Assembly: GCA_934149105.1 (NCBI GenBank)
Contig: CAKPDP010000002.1
Location: 49,700-113,699 of the forward strand
DNA from: an uncultured Bacilli bacterium
Lineage (GTDB): Bacteria; Bacillota_I; Bacilli_A; RF39; UBA660
Reading direction: 5' to 3'
Length of the DNA: 64,000 nt
A program made the position numbers and the translations under genes. Of this stretch, positions 38,219-48,827 are shown piece after piece. The notes under the pieces were generated by a model that was not told the DNA's origin, made no database searches, and saw nothing but the letters and a program-made list of their open reading frames with translations. The stretch's first letter is position 1. Every line of letters starts with the position of its first letter.

Positions 38219-39448
38219 TTAACAACTATATATTGGGAATTTGATAGTTACTTTGGTTCCTTTACCAAGAGTAGAATTATATTTAATACTACCATTATGG
38301 GCTTTAATTATTTCTTTAGATAGGGCTACGCCTAATCCACTACCTCTTACTTTGGTAGTGAAAAACATTTCACTTATATGATCAAGAGTATCTTTATCCA
38401 TGCCTATACCATTATCCGCTATTTCAATATAATAATTTTGAGATTTTTGATAGGTATTAATAGTAATAGTTCCAGTATTAGGGATAGCTTCAACACTATT
38501 TTTAAGAATATTAATTAAGACTTGCTTTATTCTACAATAATCGCCGTTTAAATAAATTTCATTAGTATTTTCATGATACTTAATAGTTATTCTATTATTA
38601 CAAATAGTAGATATTTCTGAGCTTACTTCTGATAGAAGCATATTTATATCCAAGATATCTTTATTTAATTTAATTTTACTAAATTCCATAAAATCAGTCA
38701 TAATATTTAGACTTCTATTTATCTCATCTTTTAAAATAGGTAAATATTTCTTGGTTTTATTTATATCATTAGGATCTAACATATCTAGATAACCTTTACA
38801 AACTGCGATAGGATTTTTAACTTCATGGGTTATTTTAAACAAGGAATTCTTTAATTGTTTATCCCTTTCCATTTCAATACTACTAGCATAGAGACTGGTT
38901 ATTTTATCAACTATTTTGAAGACTGACAATGTACATAATGGTAAAAGATAAAATAAATAAGATAGCAAGAATAATTCTAGAATTTGTCCTATTCCTGTAA
39001 AGGGATTTTTATAAAAATAATCAGCTGATAAGGCAAAGGCCTCAATTACAGAAATAATATTTATAAATTTAGTATCAGTATATTTTTTATCTTTATAATA
39101 GTAATAGAAGATAAAAATAGACAAATATTTTATAATTATTATAGAAATATTAAATTTAGAGATAGAATTTATATTTATAACAAGAAAAATACTTAATAAG
39201 ATACCGAAGAGAGTTTTTTTCTTGAGATAGGTTATTATGAGAGGAATATCTAAAAATACTAGTATTTCTTTGCGATAGCCATATTTAAAGATTAAATAGA
39301 TAGAAGTTAGAATGCAGAGACAAAAAACCAAGTTATTGTATTTTTCTTTATTACAAAGAGAAGAATATATACAATAGATGAAATAAATTAGGATAGGAAA
39401 AATCATTAAGACTAAACTTAAAATTACTTTGTTTAATATGATATTCAT
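38219..39448 (-). CDS. Sensor histidine kinase (orphan; no response regulator adjacent)
   Basis: Polytopic N-terminus; H-box HEVKNPIAVCKGYLDML; N-box; G1 DNGIGMD; G2 GSGLGVALSKEII. Confidence 0.8.
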   Translation of the reverse strand: MNIILNKVILSLVLMIFPILIYFIYCIYSSLCNKEKYNNLVFCLCILTSIYLIFKYGYRKEILVFLDIPLIITYLKKKTLFGILLSIFLVININSISKFNISIIIIKYLSIFIFYYYYKDKKYTDTKFINIISVIEAFALSADYFYKNPFTGIGQILELFLLSYLFYLLPLCTLSVFKIVDKITSLYASSIEMERDKQLKNSLFKITHEVKNPIAVCKGYLDMLDPNDINKTKKYLPILKDEINRSLNIMTDFMEFSKIKLNKDILDINMLLSEVSSEISTICNNRITIKYHENTNEIYLNGDYCRIKQVLINILKNSVEAIPNTGTITINTYQKSQNYYIEIADNGIGMDKDTLDHISEMFFTTKVRGSGLGVALSKEIIKAHNGSIKYNSTLGKGTKVTIKFPIYSC

Positions 39449-39601
39449 AAATATCTCCTTCTTTCTTAGATAATTATATATAATGGGCTTGTCTTTTTTT
39501 GTCGAATAATAATAATTAGGGAAATATCTTGTAGAAATTTAAAAAAATAAGAAGAAGAATGGAGATAAATATCTCTTACTCTACTTCTTATTTTGATATT
39601 T

Positions 39602-40060
39602 TTACTTGCAAGTGTATCCAGCTTCTTCTAAACCTTTTTCAATATCAGGAATATCGTCTTCTTTAATATTGGCTAAATCTTCTTTATCAATATCTGCTAG
39701 AGTAGCAAATTCATCGATATCCATATTGATAGTTACAATAGCACCTTTATCAGTTGGTTCTGTTTCGACACTCTTATAATCACTAAAGGCATCTTTTAAG
39801 ATGTTTACTAGATCGGAAGGTTCATATTGTCCAACATAAGCATCTGCATAGACTAATTCATTTACTAATTCAGAATTAACAAAAGTACCATCTTTGAAAG
39901 AAAACTTTAAATCCTGAGTAATGGTAAAAGATTCATCTTCACTATTTACATATCTACAATTTATGTCAGCTGTAGCGTTTTTACTGACAAGAGTGGAATT
40001 ACAGCCTGATAAGCCTAAGATAACTAGACTAAAGGCTAAAAGTTTAGTAATTTTTTTCAT
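39602..40060 (-). CDS. Lipoprotein of unknown function
   Basis: Lipobox LVILGLSGC at residues 12-20. Confidence 0.5.
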   Translation of the reverse strand: MKKITKLLAFSLVILGLSGCNSTLVSKNATADINCRYVNSEDESFTITQDLKFSFKDGTFVNSELVNELVYADAYVGQYEPSDLVNILKDAFSDYKSVETEPTDKGAIVTINMDIDEFATLADIDKEDLANIKEDDIPDIEKGLEEAGYTCK

Positions 40061-40136
40061 AACTCCTATACGGCTCCTTTCGACTTTAATTATACATTAA
40101 TAAATTTTTTTTGCAAGGTTTAGAAAAAGAAAAAGA

Positions 40137-40463
40137 CTAATTACTAGCCTTCTTTAATTCATCAATATATTTTTTTAATTGAACGGCGTTACTACCTAGA
40201 ATTATTTTTAATTGATTATCAATCTCAACAACTCCTTTAGCACCTAATTTTATAATTCCTTCTTTATTGGCTTTACTAACATCTTTTAAGGTTACTTTAA
40301 AACGGGACATTTCTACTTCTGTATCTACAATATTGTCCATGCCACCTAGAAGTGTTACTAGTTTGTTAAGTTCTAGCTTAAAGTTCTTTTTAGTGCTTTT
40401 AGCAATAGCTAAAGCTATGATTACTAAAACTGCAATAATTATTACATATTGGTATGGTTCCAT
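40137..40463 (-). CDS. Membrane-anchored PTS EIIB-like domain protein lacking the catalytic Cys
   Basis: N-terminal TM helix; LVTLLGGMDNIVDTEVEMSRFKVTLKD resembles the glucose-family EIIB fold (LGGxxNI...C[IA]TRLR) but has Ser where the phospho-Cys would be. Confidence 0.4.
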   Translation of the reverse strand: MEPYQYVIIIAVLVIIALAIAKSTKKNFKLELNKLVTLLGGMDNIVDTEVEMSRFKVTLKDVSKANKEGIIKLGAKGVVEIDNQLKIILGSNAVQLKKYIDELKKASN

Positions 40464-40489
40464 AAATTCACCTCGTATTAATTATACTA

Positions 40490-41620
40490 CTAATTATAAT
40501 TGGGAGCAACTGTTTTGGAAAAATAATATTTTTTTAAAGAGATAATTAAGAAAAGATAGAGAAAGATATTTAGAAGGATATCTCCTAGTAAAGGGTTATA
40601 ATTTAGGCTATAGAAAATATTTATAAGAGGTATAGTAAAGAGTAATTTAGTTAAGAGGCCAAAGAATAAATAATAATTTAAAAGAGAGTTAGAGGAAGAT
40701 TTTAACTTTTGATGTGAGAGATGATAATAGAGAAGATTTTCTAGAGAGATGAGAAAGATGAGAGGTTTGGATAGAGAAATAAGTAAAAGAGCAACAAGAA
40801 GAAAATAATTATATTTAGAGGGTTTAGGAGGAGAAAGAATTATTTTTAGAATGAGGATTGTTATAATGTTTAGGTAAAGATAGAAAAGAGTTAGAATGTT
40901 ACTGGTGGCATGATAACTATAATAATATCTAGTTATATAGAGATAAAAGAGATAAACTAAAGAGATATAGGTTAAGAAATAGTTATAGTTAGTTAGGATA
41001 TAGAAAGTTAGGTTATGGTTAGAGAAATAAAAATGAGAATGGGATTTGAGATGAGTAAGGGGTATCTTTTTCTTGGGGAAAGAGGATAAGAAAAAGATAC
41101 ACAGGTAGTTTAAGATACAGAGGGAAATGATTATTATTAGGATAGTATTATAGATATTTAGATTAAGGATATTAAGACTTAGATAGGTACCGATAATTAG
41201 AGTAAGAGAATTTAGAATAGTTAGAAATAATTTAGAATAGTTATATTTACTATTGGGTTTAGGAAATAATATTAGGGAGTAAAGAGTTTTAAGGGGATAT
41301 AAGAAACTTATTAATAAACAAATAATAATACTATTAGATAAGTAAAATATTTTTTCTAAAATTAGCCCTATCATTAAGGAAATTATTGTACATAAGAAGT
41401 TTAAATAAAAGATAGGGAGAAGATTTTTAGAGATAGAATTATGATTAGATATTAGGGTTGTTAGGAGGTTACTGAAAATAAGATAAAGAATTAAGGAAAC
41501 AAGGATTAGAAAGGAGTTATGATATTTTAAGAGATAATAAATAATGATAGTTGTTAAAAGATAGAGAATATTTAAATATTTATTTGACATACTAATCGCC
41601 TCGTTTATAGTATTAGCCAA
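40490..41620 (-). CDS. Polytopic membrane protein of unknown function
   Basis: 376 aa, highly hydrophobic low-complexity L/I/Y/S/N composition, about 10 TM helices. Confidence 0.3.
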   Translation of the reverse strand: MANTINEAISMSNKYLNILYLLTTIIIYYLLKYHNSFLILVSLILYLIFSNLLTTLISNHNSISKNLLPIFYLNFLCTIISLMIGLILEKIFYLSNSIIICLLISFLYPLKTLYSLILFPKPNSKYNYSKLFLTILNSLTLIIGTYLSLNILNLNIYNTILIIIISLCILNYLCIFFLSSFPKKKIPLTHLKSHSHFYFSNHNLTFYILTNYNYFLTYISLVYLFYLYITRYYYSYHATSNILTLFYLYLNIITILILKIILSPPKPSKYNYFLLVALLLISLSKPLIFLISLENLLYYHLSHQKLKSSSNSLLNYYLFFGLLTKLLFTIPLINIFYSLNYNPLLGDILLNIFLYLFLIISLKKYYFSKTVAPNYN

Positions 41621-41656
41621 ATATAATTAAATATAAGAAAAGAAATAATCAAAAGA

Positions 41657-43465
41657 CTATTTCTTGGCATCAAATTTTTTTCTTTGTTCAGTATTAAGAA
41701 TTTGTTTTCTAAGACGAATATGTTCAGGAGTTATTTCTACTAATTCGTCACTATTTATATAATCTAGAGCATATTCTAGGGTAATAGGACGAGGTCTTTT
41801 TAAGACAACGGTATGATCGCTTCCAGCTGCTCTAGTGTTAGTTAATTGCTTTCCTTTAACAACATTGATAGCTAGATCATTATCACGGTTACATTCTCCA
41901 ACAATCATTCCTTCATAAACTTCGGTAGTTGGTTCTATAAACATGGTACCACGATCTTCTAAAGCTCCTATAGCGTAGGCAGTGGCCTTACCATTTTCCA
42001 TGGAAACTAGAACTCCTAGTTTTCTTTCGCCAATATTAATATTTTCAACTGGTTCATAATCTTTAAAACTATGATTTAAGATACCATAACCTTTAGTCAT
42101 AGTCATGAAATCGGTATTGAAACCAATTAAACCTCTAGAAGGAATAGTGTAGTTTAGACGAACAAGATTATTAACATTGGACATATTCTCCATCTTAGCG
42201 CCTCTTAGACCTAGGGCTTCAATAACATTACCAACGGAGTCTTCTGGTACTTCTATTTGAACATCTTCGTAAGGTTCACAGGTAACACCATCAATTTCTT
42301 TTAAGATTACTTCAGGTTTAGATACTTGAAGTTCATAGCCTTCACGACGCATATTTTCAAGAAGAATAGATAAGTGTAATTCACCACGTCCAGAGACAGT
42401 CCAAGACTCATTACCAGATTGTTCAACTTTTAAGCTGACATCTTTTTGGGTTTCACGGAAAAGGCGATCTCCTATTTTACTGGCCGTTACGAATTTACCA
42501 TCTTGACCTACAAAAGGGCTGTTATTAGTCATGAAGGTCATTTTTAGGGTTGGTTCATCAATTCTTAGGATTGGAAGAGGATTTTCTTTACCAGGGTTAC
42601 AAACGGTTTCACCGACAGAAATATCTGCTAAACCAGCGATGGCAACGATGTCTCCGGCATGAGCTTCTTTGATTTCTACTCTCTTAAGGCCAATAAAACC
42701 AAATAATTTTTGGATACGGAACTGTTTGTGAGATCCATCTAATCTAACACAAGAAACCATTTCATTTTCTTTTAAGTGTCCGGATTTGATAAGGCCAATA
42801 CCAATTCTACCAACATAATCATTATAATCTAGTAAAGCTGGTTGGAACTGCAAATCACCATCAGGGTTTACTCTTGGTTCTGGTATTTCATTGATGATTA
42901 GGTTAAAGACGTCATCATAACTTTCTTGTTGAGTACTGATATCAGGGCTTAAACTAGCAGTTCCATTTAAAGCTGAAACATAAGCTACTTTAAAGTCTAA
43001 TTGTTCATCAGTAGCTCCTAATTCGATAAATAAATCTATTACTTCGTCTAAAACTTTTTCTATTCTAGCGGTAGGTTTATCAACCTTATTTATAATAACT
43101 AAAGGTTTAACATTAGCTTCAAGTGCTTTCTTTAAAACAAATCTAGTTTGTGGCATGGTTCCTTCATAGGCATCAACTACTAATAAAACACCATCAACCA
43201 TGTTCATGATTCTTTCTACTTCTCCACCAAAGTCAGCATGACCGGGAGTATCTAAGATATTGATGCGATAACCGTTATAGTTAATAGCGGTAGTCTTGGC
43301 TAAGATTGTAATTCCTCTTTCTCTTTCAATATCATTTGAGTCCATAACTCTTTCTTCTACTTGCTCGTTAGCACGAAAAGTACCACTCTTTTTTAACAAT
43401 TGATCTACTAAAGTAGTTTTACCATGGTCAACGTGCGCGATGATTGCTATATTACGCATTTTCAT
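41657..43465 (-). CDS. typA: Translational GTPase BipA/TypA
   Basis: AHVDHGKTT G1, DTPGH G3, NKVD G4; EF-G-like domain order; 602 aa. Confidence 0.9.
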   Translation of the reverse strand: MKMRNIAIIAHVDHGKTTLVDQLLKKSGTFRANEQVEERVMDSNDIERERGITILAKTTAINYNGYRINILDTPGHADFGGEVERIMNMVDGVLLVVDAYEGTMPQTRFVLKKALEANVKPLVIINKVDKPTARIEKVLDEVIDLFIELGATDEQLDFKVAYVSALNGTASLSPDISTQQESYDDVFNLIINEIPEPRVNPDGDLQFQPALLDYNDYVGRIGIGLIKSGHLKENEMVSCVRLDGSHKQFRIQKLFGFIGLKRVEIKEAHAGDIVAIAGLADISVGETVCNPGKENPLPILRIDEPTLKMTFMTNNSPFVGQDGKFVTASKIGDRLFRETQKDVSLKVEQSGNESWTVSGRGELHLSILLENMRREGYELQVSKPEVILKEIDGVTCEPYEDVQIEVPEDSVGNVIEALGLRGAKMENMSNVNNLVRLNYTIPSRGLIGFNTDFMTMTKGYGILNHSFKDYEPVENINIGERKLGVLVSMENGKATAYAIGALEDRGTMFIEPTTEVYEGMIVGECNRDNDLAINVVKGKQLTNTRAAGSDHTVVLKRPRPITLEYALDYINSDELVEITPEHIRLRKQILNTEQRKKFDAKK

Positions 43466-43569
43466 AAATACTACACACTCCTTTTTTTATATACCGCAAT
43501 ATTATACCACTGTTTATAAATAATTAGCAAGAAGTTTTTAAAGATTTTTTAGAGAAATTAAACTTAGAG

Positions 43570-43622
43570 TGAATTAAAAAGATGTATAAAACGGTCCTTA
43601 GAGAGGACGGTATACATCTTTT
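43570..43622 (-). terminator. Long imperfect hairpin (aagatgtata..acggtcct / aggacggtatacatctt) plus T-run after the 43625..44644 gene
   Basis: Roughly 18 bp stem immediately downstream of the stop codon, followed by TTTTTAATT on the minus strand. Confidence 0.5.
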
Positions 43623-43624
43623 GG

Positions 43625-44644
43625 TTATTTAACTTCTTTAATTTTTTTATCAAAATTCTCAACAAGAGTTTGAAATTTATGAAAATGAATTTGTAATTCT
43701 TCTTTTTTAGTAGTAAGTTTTTCTTGTTCTTTACGCTTATAATCTTCAAAATCTTTCTTTTCTTGTCTTAATTTATTTCGTTCTTCAGAAAGAGAACTGG
43801 GTAGATGATCTTCTTTTTCGATATCTTCTTTTAATTCTCTTAATTCATCTAAGTAATCATTGATATAATTGATGCGGTTAGATAGTGATTTAAAGAGAGT
43901 ATCAAAGTCAGGAGAAATATCTAGAGGTTCTGGTTCTTTTTCTAAGGGTTCTAGGTTAGTAGAGACGGTCTTTACAGGTATTGAAGATTTAGAAGATGTC
44001 TCTAATGTAGGCTTAGAAAAAGAAACATTTTTTTCATTATATTGAAGTTGATATTCTAACCATAATTGTCTTAAAGTTGATAATTGTGATTTTAAGAGAA
44101 TTCCCATTTCATTAGAACTACTTACAAAAATGGTATTAGGTAAGTTTTTGTCTAGGGGTTTAATTTGTTCTAGATCTTCATATAGGGATTTTAGGCGAGT
44201 ACGATATTCACGATTGCTTTTTATTTTTTCATCTTCAATATCTTTATACTTTTCTAAATTTTTATCTTCTCTATTGGTATTAGTTATTTTTTTATTATAG
44301 GGATTTTCAAAGAGATTTTTAGGTAACTCCAATTTTTTATTAAATTCTTTTTTCTCTTGTTTGATTTGTTCTAGATCTTCACTATAATTAAAAATCTTTT
44401 TAAGAAGAGATTTAATGGTAATTAATTCAGAATTATTATTTATATTAACTAAATAGCTATCACCATTAATAGTATCTATTTTTCCAAAATATACGACGTT
44501 ATCTTGAGGATTTTTATCGGCTATTTCTTTAGTATAGATTAAGTAATAATTTTGATAATTGGGATGTTCAAAGAAGCATAAAGGAGAGATTTTTCCAATT
44601 ATTTGGCTATCTTTAACCAAGGTTATAATTTTATCTAACTGCAT
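43625..44644 (-). CDS. Hypothetical coiled-coil protein
   Basis: 339 aa; N-terminal globular region; long K/E-rich coiled-coil C-terminus. Confidence 0.35.
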   Translation of the reverse strand: MQLDKIITLVKDSQIIGKISPLCFFEHPNYQNYYLIYTKEIADKNPQDNVVYFGKIDTINGDSYLVNINNNSELITIKSLLKKIFNYSEDLEQIKQEKKEFNKKLELPKNLFENPYNKKITNTNREDKNLEKYKDIEDEKIKSNREYRTRLKSLYEDLEQIKPLDKNLPNTIFVSSSNEMGILLKSQLSTLRQLWLEYQLQYNEKNVSFSKPTLETSSKSSIPVKTVSTNLEPLEKEPEPLDISPDFDTLFKSLSNRINYINDYLDELRELKEDIEKEDHLPSSLSEERNKLRQEKKDFEDYKRKEQEKLTTKKEELQIHFHKFQTLVENFDKKIKEVK

Positions 44645-44653
44645 TTATATCAC

Positions 44654-44935
44654 CTACTCAATATTATTTATTTTTTCTAAGATAAAATGTCGACAGTCGG
44701 GAGCACAATATTTTTTTAGATAAGTATCTACATACTTATAATTATTTAAATCTTTAACTTTTTTATTATTTTCTTTATAGAAGCCTTTTAATCTTAATTT
44801 ATTGTAGGCAATATCTCCTACTATATAATCATAATCAGAATAGAAATCAGTTAATTTAGTTTCTAATTCTTCTTTATTTAAAGCATCTCTATAGTTTAGG
44901 ATAATATTATAATTTTGATTATTGATAGTTATCAT
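44654..44935 (-). CDS. YutD-like (DUF1027) small protein
   Basis: 93 aa; DYDYIVGDIAYNKLRLKGFY resembles the DUF1027 core. Confidence 0.4.
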   Translation of the reverse strand: MITINNQNYNIILNYRDALNKEELETKLTDFYSDYDYIVGDIAYNKLRLKGFYKENNKKVKDLNNYKYVDTYLKKYCAPDCRHFILEKINNIE

Positions 44936-44977
44936 ATGTACCTCCTTTTAATAGATAATTTAGAATATTAAGAAAAT

Positions 44978-45883
44978 TTATTTGTTTAGGCCATATTTAG
45001 ATATAAAATAGAAGATGGCTACGGCACAAGCTACTATGAAAAGAATTAACAAAAGTACTTTTAGGACGTAATGATTTTTAGGCTCAGTATCATAGAAATC
45101 TTTATCAAAGTCTTTTTTAGAAAATTTGTAGGTATCGGTATAAAAAGTAGTATCTTCAGTTTCTTCTTGTTCAAGATCATCTTTTATAACATTTACTTCG
45201 TCAGTTGGAGGTAGGGCTTCAACTGTGTTTTCATTAATAGGTTTAGTTATACCAGTATCAGAATTTTCAGTAGGCTTTAAATCAGAAAGGATATCTAAGG
45301 ATAATGAAGTTGTAGAAGACATAGCAGTATTGTCATTAGGAATTATTTGATCAATACTAGGATTTATAGATATTTTCTTAGTTTGATATTTTAATTCACT
45401 AGGAGAAGGACTAGGTTCATAATCAGGAAGGGGTTCTTTAATTTCTTCTTCCCTAACCTCTTCAATTAGAGATTTATTTTCTAGGGTATGAAGTAATTTA
45501 TAATTATCGTGATCATGAGGACGATTTTGTTCTTTTAATTTATTATTTTCATTTTTAGCATATTCTAATAATTTATTTATATCGTGAATTTTATTTTCAG
45601 AATTTTCTCGTTCACGGGTTATTTGCTCTTCTAAATTAGAATATTTCATTTCCCTAGTTTTAGATAATTCATCTTCAGTTTGATGGTTCATTATTTTTTT
45701 TAATTCAGGAATATCAATTTCATTGGTATTATCTGGTATAGGTAGATTTTCTAAATTGTCATAATCTTGATATACAGAATTATATAAACTTCTATTTTTG
45801 CTACTTCTTTGCATGCTAGAATTGTTTTCGCGATAATACTTGTCCATTCTACTTTCCATAATCACAACATCCTTCACTAACAA
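44978..45883 (-). CDS. Acidic cytoplasmic-domain protein with a C-terminal TM anchor
   Basis: E/D/K-rich N-terminal region; C-terminal VLKVLLLILFIVACAVAIFYFI helix. Confidence 0.35.
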   Translation of the reverse strand: MLVKDVVIMESRMDKYYRENNSSMQRSSKNRSLYNSVYQDYDNLENLPIPDNTNEIDIPELKKIMNHQTEDELSKTREMKYSNLEEQITRERENSENKIHDINKLLEYAKNENNKLKEQNRPHDHDNYKLLHTLENKSLIEEVREEEIKEPLPDYEPSPSPSELKYQTKKISINPSIDQIIPNDNTAMSSTTSLSLDILSDLKPTENSDTGITKPINENTVEALPPTDEVNVIKDDLEQEETEDTTFYTDTYKFSKKDFDKDFYDTEPKNHYVLKVLLLILFIVACAVAIFYFISKYGLNK

Positions 45884-46000
45884 CGTCCTTTAGTTTTATA
45901 TTTATATGATATCATATTTTGAGGAGAAATAAAATATTTTTATTGATTTTTATTTTTTTTATTTATATAATATATTGAAGAAAAGGAAGGAGTTTTTATT

Positions 46001-46195
46001 ATGAAAGTAACTGTTAATAAAGAAAGATGTATTGGATGTGGGGCTTGCGTAGCAACTATTCCCGAGGTATTTGACTTTAATGATGAAGGATTTGCTTGTG
46101 TGAAATCAGAAGATATTCCAGAAGAAAAAAAAGAAGAAGTTAAAGAAATGGTAGATATGTGTGTAGGAGGAGCTATTACGACAATTGACGAGTAA
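46001..46195 (+). CDS. Small single-cluster ferredoxin
   Basis: CIGCGAC ... C motif in 64 aa; RBS AAGGAAGGAG. Confidence 0.75.
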   Translation: MKVTVNKERCIGCGACVATIPEVFDFNDEGFACVKSEDIPEEKKEEVKEMVDMCVGGAITTIDE

Positions 46196-46218
46196 TGGTT
46201 TTTCTTTTTTATTAAAGA

Positions 46219-46824
46219 TTAAAGGTTTTGCTCATATAATTTGTTTACTTTTTCATAATCAAGGAGATGATCGAGGAAATTATCGATGTAAGACTTGCGA
46301 TCGGCTTGATAATCTAGATAGTAAGCATGTTCCCAGAGATCGAGGGCAATTAAGGGAATATAATCATAACTATAGGGAGTATCTTGGTTAGAAAGAGAGA
46401 TAATTTGTAATTTTTTAGTAGGAGTTAGGACTAAAAAGGTATAACCACTACCAGGGAAATTGGTACTAGCCTTAAGAAATTCAGTTTTAAAATTTTGATA
46501 ACTACCATACTGAGTATTTATGGCATCTTTTAGTTTGCCAACAGGAGTATTATAATTATTAAGGCTCATGTTATAGAAATAAAGACCATGATTTAGGACA
46601 GCTCCTAGGTTATAGAGAATATCTCCCCTAGCGATTAAAGGAAAGATATCAAGATGTTTAACAAGATATGGTAAAGTATGATTGTAGTTGTAATTATTTT
46701 GATCTAAAAGTTTATTAAGTTTAGATAAATAGTTTTCATAGATTATTTGATAATGAAGATTTAGATTATTAAGACTAAGATAAGGAAGAAGATCAGAGTA
46801 ATCAAGAGAGATTTTTTTATACAT
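46219..46824 (-). CDS. sodA: Fe/Mn superoxide dismutase
   Basis: DLWEHAYYLDYQ SOD signature; NHGLYF; 201 aa. Confidence 0.8.
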   Translation of the reverse strand: MYKKISLDYSDLLPYLSLNNLNLHYQIIYENYLSKLNKLLDQNNYNYNHTLPYLVKHLDIFPLIARGDILYNLGAVLNHGLYFYNMSLNNYNTPVGKLKDAINTQYGSYQNFKTEFLKASTNFPGSGYTFLVLTPTKKLQIISLSNQDTPYSYDYIPLIALDLWEHAYYLDYQADRKSYIDNFLDHLLDYEKVNKLYEQNL

Positions 46825-46933
46825 AATATAAATATCACCAATATAGTATATAATTAAGAAAAGGAAAATATGAGAACTAATGATATGGGGCCAACTAGAA
46901 AATGATATAATATTTGAAAATGGAGGTTAGATA

Positions 46934-47803
46934 ATGAGGTTATTTAAGAAAAAGGAGAAAAGAAAAAAGTTAAGGATTACGGAAATTGTTAGGGATAATT
47001 ATAAAAATAACAAACGTAGTTCTTTAATTGTTTATTTTGTTTTAAGAATTTTAGTAGTTATTTGTATGATTTTACAACTTATAAGGGGTGATATTAATAA
47101 TGCTTTACTATGTTTATTGTCATTAGTATTACTATTTTTACCATTATTTATTCAGGAAAAATTAAGAATCACTCTTCCTAATACGTTGGAAATAGTTATT
47201 TATTTGTTTATTTTTTCGGCAGAGATACTGGGAGAAATAAATAATTTTTATGGGTTAATTCCTTATTGGGATGCAATTTTGCATACTTTAAATGGCTTTT
47301 TAGCAACGGCAGTAGGTTTTTCAATGGTGGATTTACTTAATACTAATAGTAAAAAATTTAACTTGTCCCCTATTTATTTGTGTATGGTAGCTTTCTGTTT
47401 TTCAATGACAATTGGAGTCTTATGGGAGTTTTTGAAATACAATGCTGATAAGTTTTTACATACGGATATGCAAAAGGATACGATTGTACAAAGGATAGAT
47501 ACAGTTTCTTTAGATGAATCTAAGAGTAATAAGGTGATAAAAGTTAAAGATATTGATAAGACAATTCTTTATGATAAGGATGGTAAGGTTATCACAACGA
47601 TTAACGGTGGATATTTAGATATTGGAATTATTGATACTATGGATGATCTGATGGTTAATTTTATTGGGGCAGTAGTATTTTGTTTCTTTGGATATTTTTA
47701 TTTGCTTAAGAATAAAGATAAAGGAATTATAAGTAATTTTGTTCCTACTAAAGGGTATAGAAATTCAGACAATAAGAGTAAAAAATTAAAGAAAAAAAGA
47801 TAA
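46934..47803 (+). CDS. Membrane protein of unknown function
   Basis: Basic N-terminus, 5 TM helices, soluble mid-domain, KR-rich C-terminus. Confidence 0.35.
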   Translation: MRLFKKKEKRKKLRITEIVRDNYKNNKRSSLIVYFVLRILVVICMILQLIRGDINNALLCLLSLVLLFLPLFIQEKLRITLPNTLEIVIYLFIFSAEILGEINNFYGLIPYWDAILHTLNGFLATAVGFSMVDLLNTNSKKFNLSPIYLCMVAFCFSMTIGVLWEFLKYNADKFLHTDMQKDTIVQRIDTVSLDESKSNKVIKVKDIDKTILYDKDGKVITTINGGYLDIGIIDTMDDLMVNFIGAVVFCFFGYFYLLKNKDKGIISNFVPTKGYRNSDNKSKKLKKKR

Positions 47804-47895
47804 AATTAAAAAGGACATATAGAGAAGTGATGATGCCAAATGGGTAGTCACTTCAGAGGTTAGGTCCTTTTATTTTCTTTAAATTTTTATTTTAG

Positions 47896-48648
47896 TTACA
47901 TTAGTAAGCCACCATCAACTTGGATAATGGTTCCAGTTGTAAAGTTGGCGTCATCACTAGCTAGATAAAGATAGGCTCCAGCGATATCTTCAGGAGTAGC
48001 AGTTTTTCTTAAAGGGGTTAGGTTTATTAACATTTTTTTCATGTCTTCAGAGACAGAGTTTTTCATCATGTCGGTTTCAACAACGCCAGGAGCAATGGCA
48101 TTTACACGAATGTTATATGGACCTAGTTCTTTGGCAAGGGATTTGGTTATGCCATTTACGGCAAATTTACTAGAAGCATAAGATACTTGATGGTTACCAC
48201 CGTTGATACCGACCATAGAGCTAGTATTAATAATACTTCCTCCAGTATTTTTCATATATTTTACTACTTCTCTAGTAGTTTTTAGTAGTCCTAGGACATT
48301 GATGTCATACATGTTAGAAAAATCAGCATCGGTAGAATCTAAAAGAGATTTAGTGGCAGTAATACCAGCATTATTTACTAAGATATCGATCTTTTGCCAT
48401 TTATTGATAGTAGTTTCTACTAGGTTTATAATACTATTTGTATCTTTCATATTGACACCAACAGGTAAAAAATTATCTTGAGGTAAGGATAATTCATTTT
48501 GAAGTTCTTGAGAGGTTGTCATGGCATGCTCGATAGTGGTACCACAAATAACTACTTTAGCACCTTCTTGGGCAAAGGCCTTGGCAATAGCCTTACCAAT
48601 TCCACGGGAACTTCCTGTTACTATGGCTACTTTTCCTAATAATTTCAT
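47896..48648 (-). CDS. SDR-family oxidoreductase (3-oxoacyl-ACP reductase-like)
   Basis: TGSSRGIGKAIA cofactor motif, NNAG, catalytic S..YASSK (YxxxK). Confidence 0.8.
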   Translation of the reverse strand: MKLLGKVAIVTGSSRGIGKAIAKAFAQEGAKVVICGTTIEHAMTTSQELQNELSLPQDNFLPVGVNMKDTNSIINLVETTINKWQKIDILVNNAGITATKSLLDSTDADFSNMYDINVLGLLKTTREVVKYMKNTGGSIINTSSMVGINGGNHQVSYASSKFAVNGITKSLAKELGPYNIRVNAIAPGVVETDMMKNSVSEDMKKMLINLTPLRKTATPEDIAGAYLYLASDDANFTTGTIIQVDGGLLM

Positions 48649-48827
48649 AAAATCATCTTCTTTCTTTATTTTTATAATTTAATTTTAGCAGATAGATATT
48701 TAACTGTCAATTTTATTCAAACTAATCTATTAGGAAAAAGAGAAAGATTTAGAAATAGAACTAGGTATCCATTATAATTTCTTTAAAAGATGATTAAATA
48801 TAATATAGTGAAAGGAGTATGGTAATT

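Noticed and set aside
43564-43749. 61-aa ORF
   Set aside because: It overlaps the 3' end and terminator of 43625..44644.
46185-46391. 68-aa plus-strand ORF
   Set aside because: Antisense to sodA.
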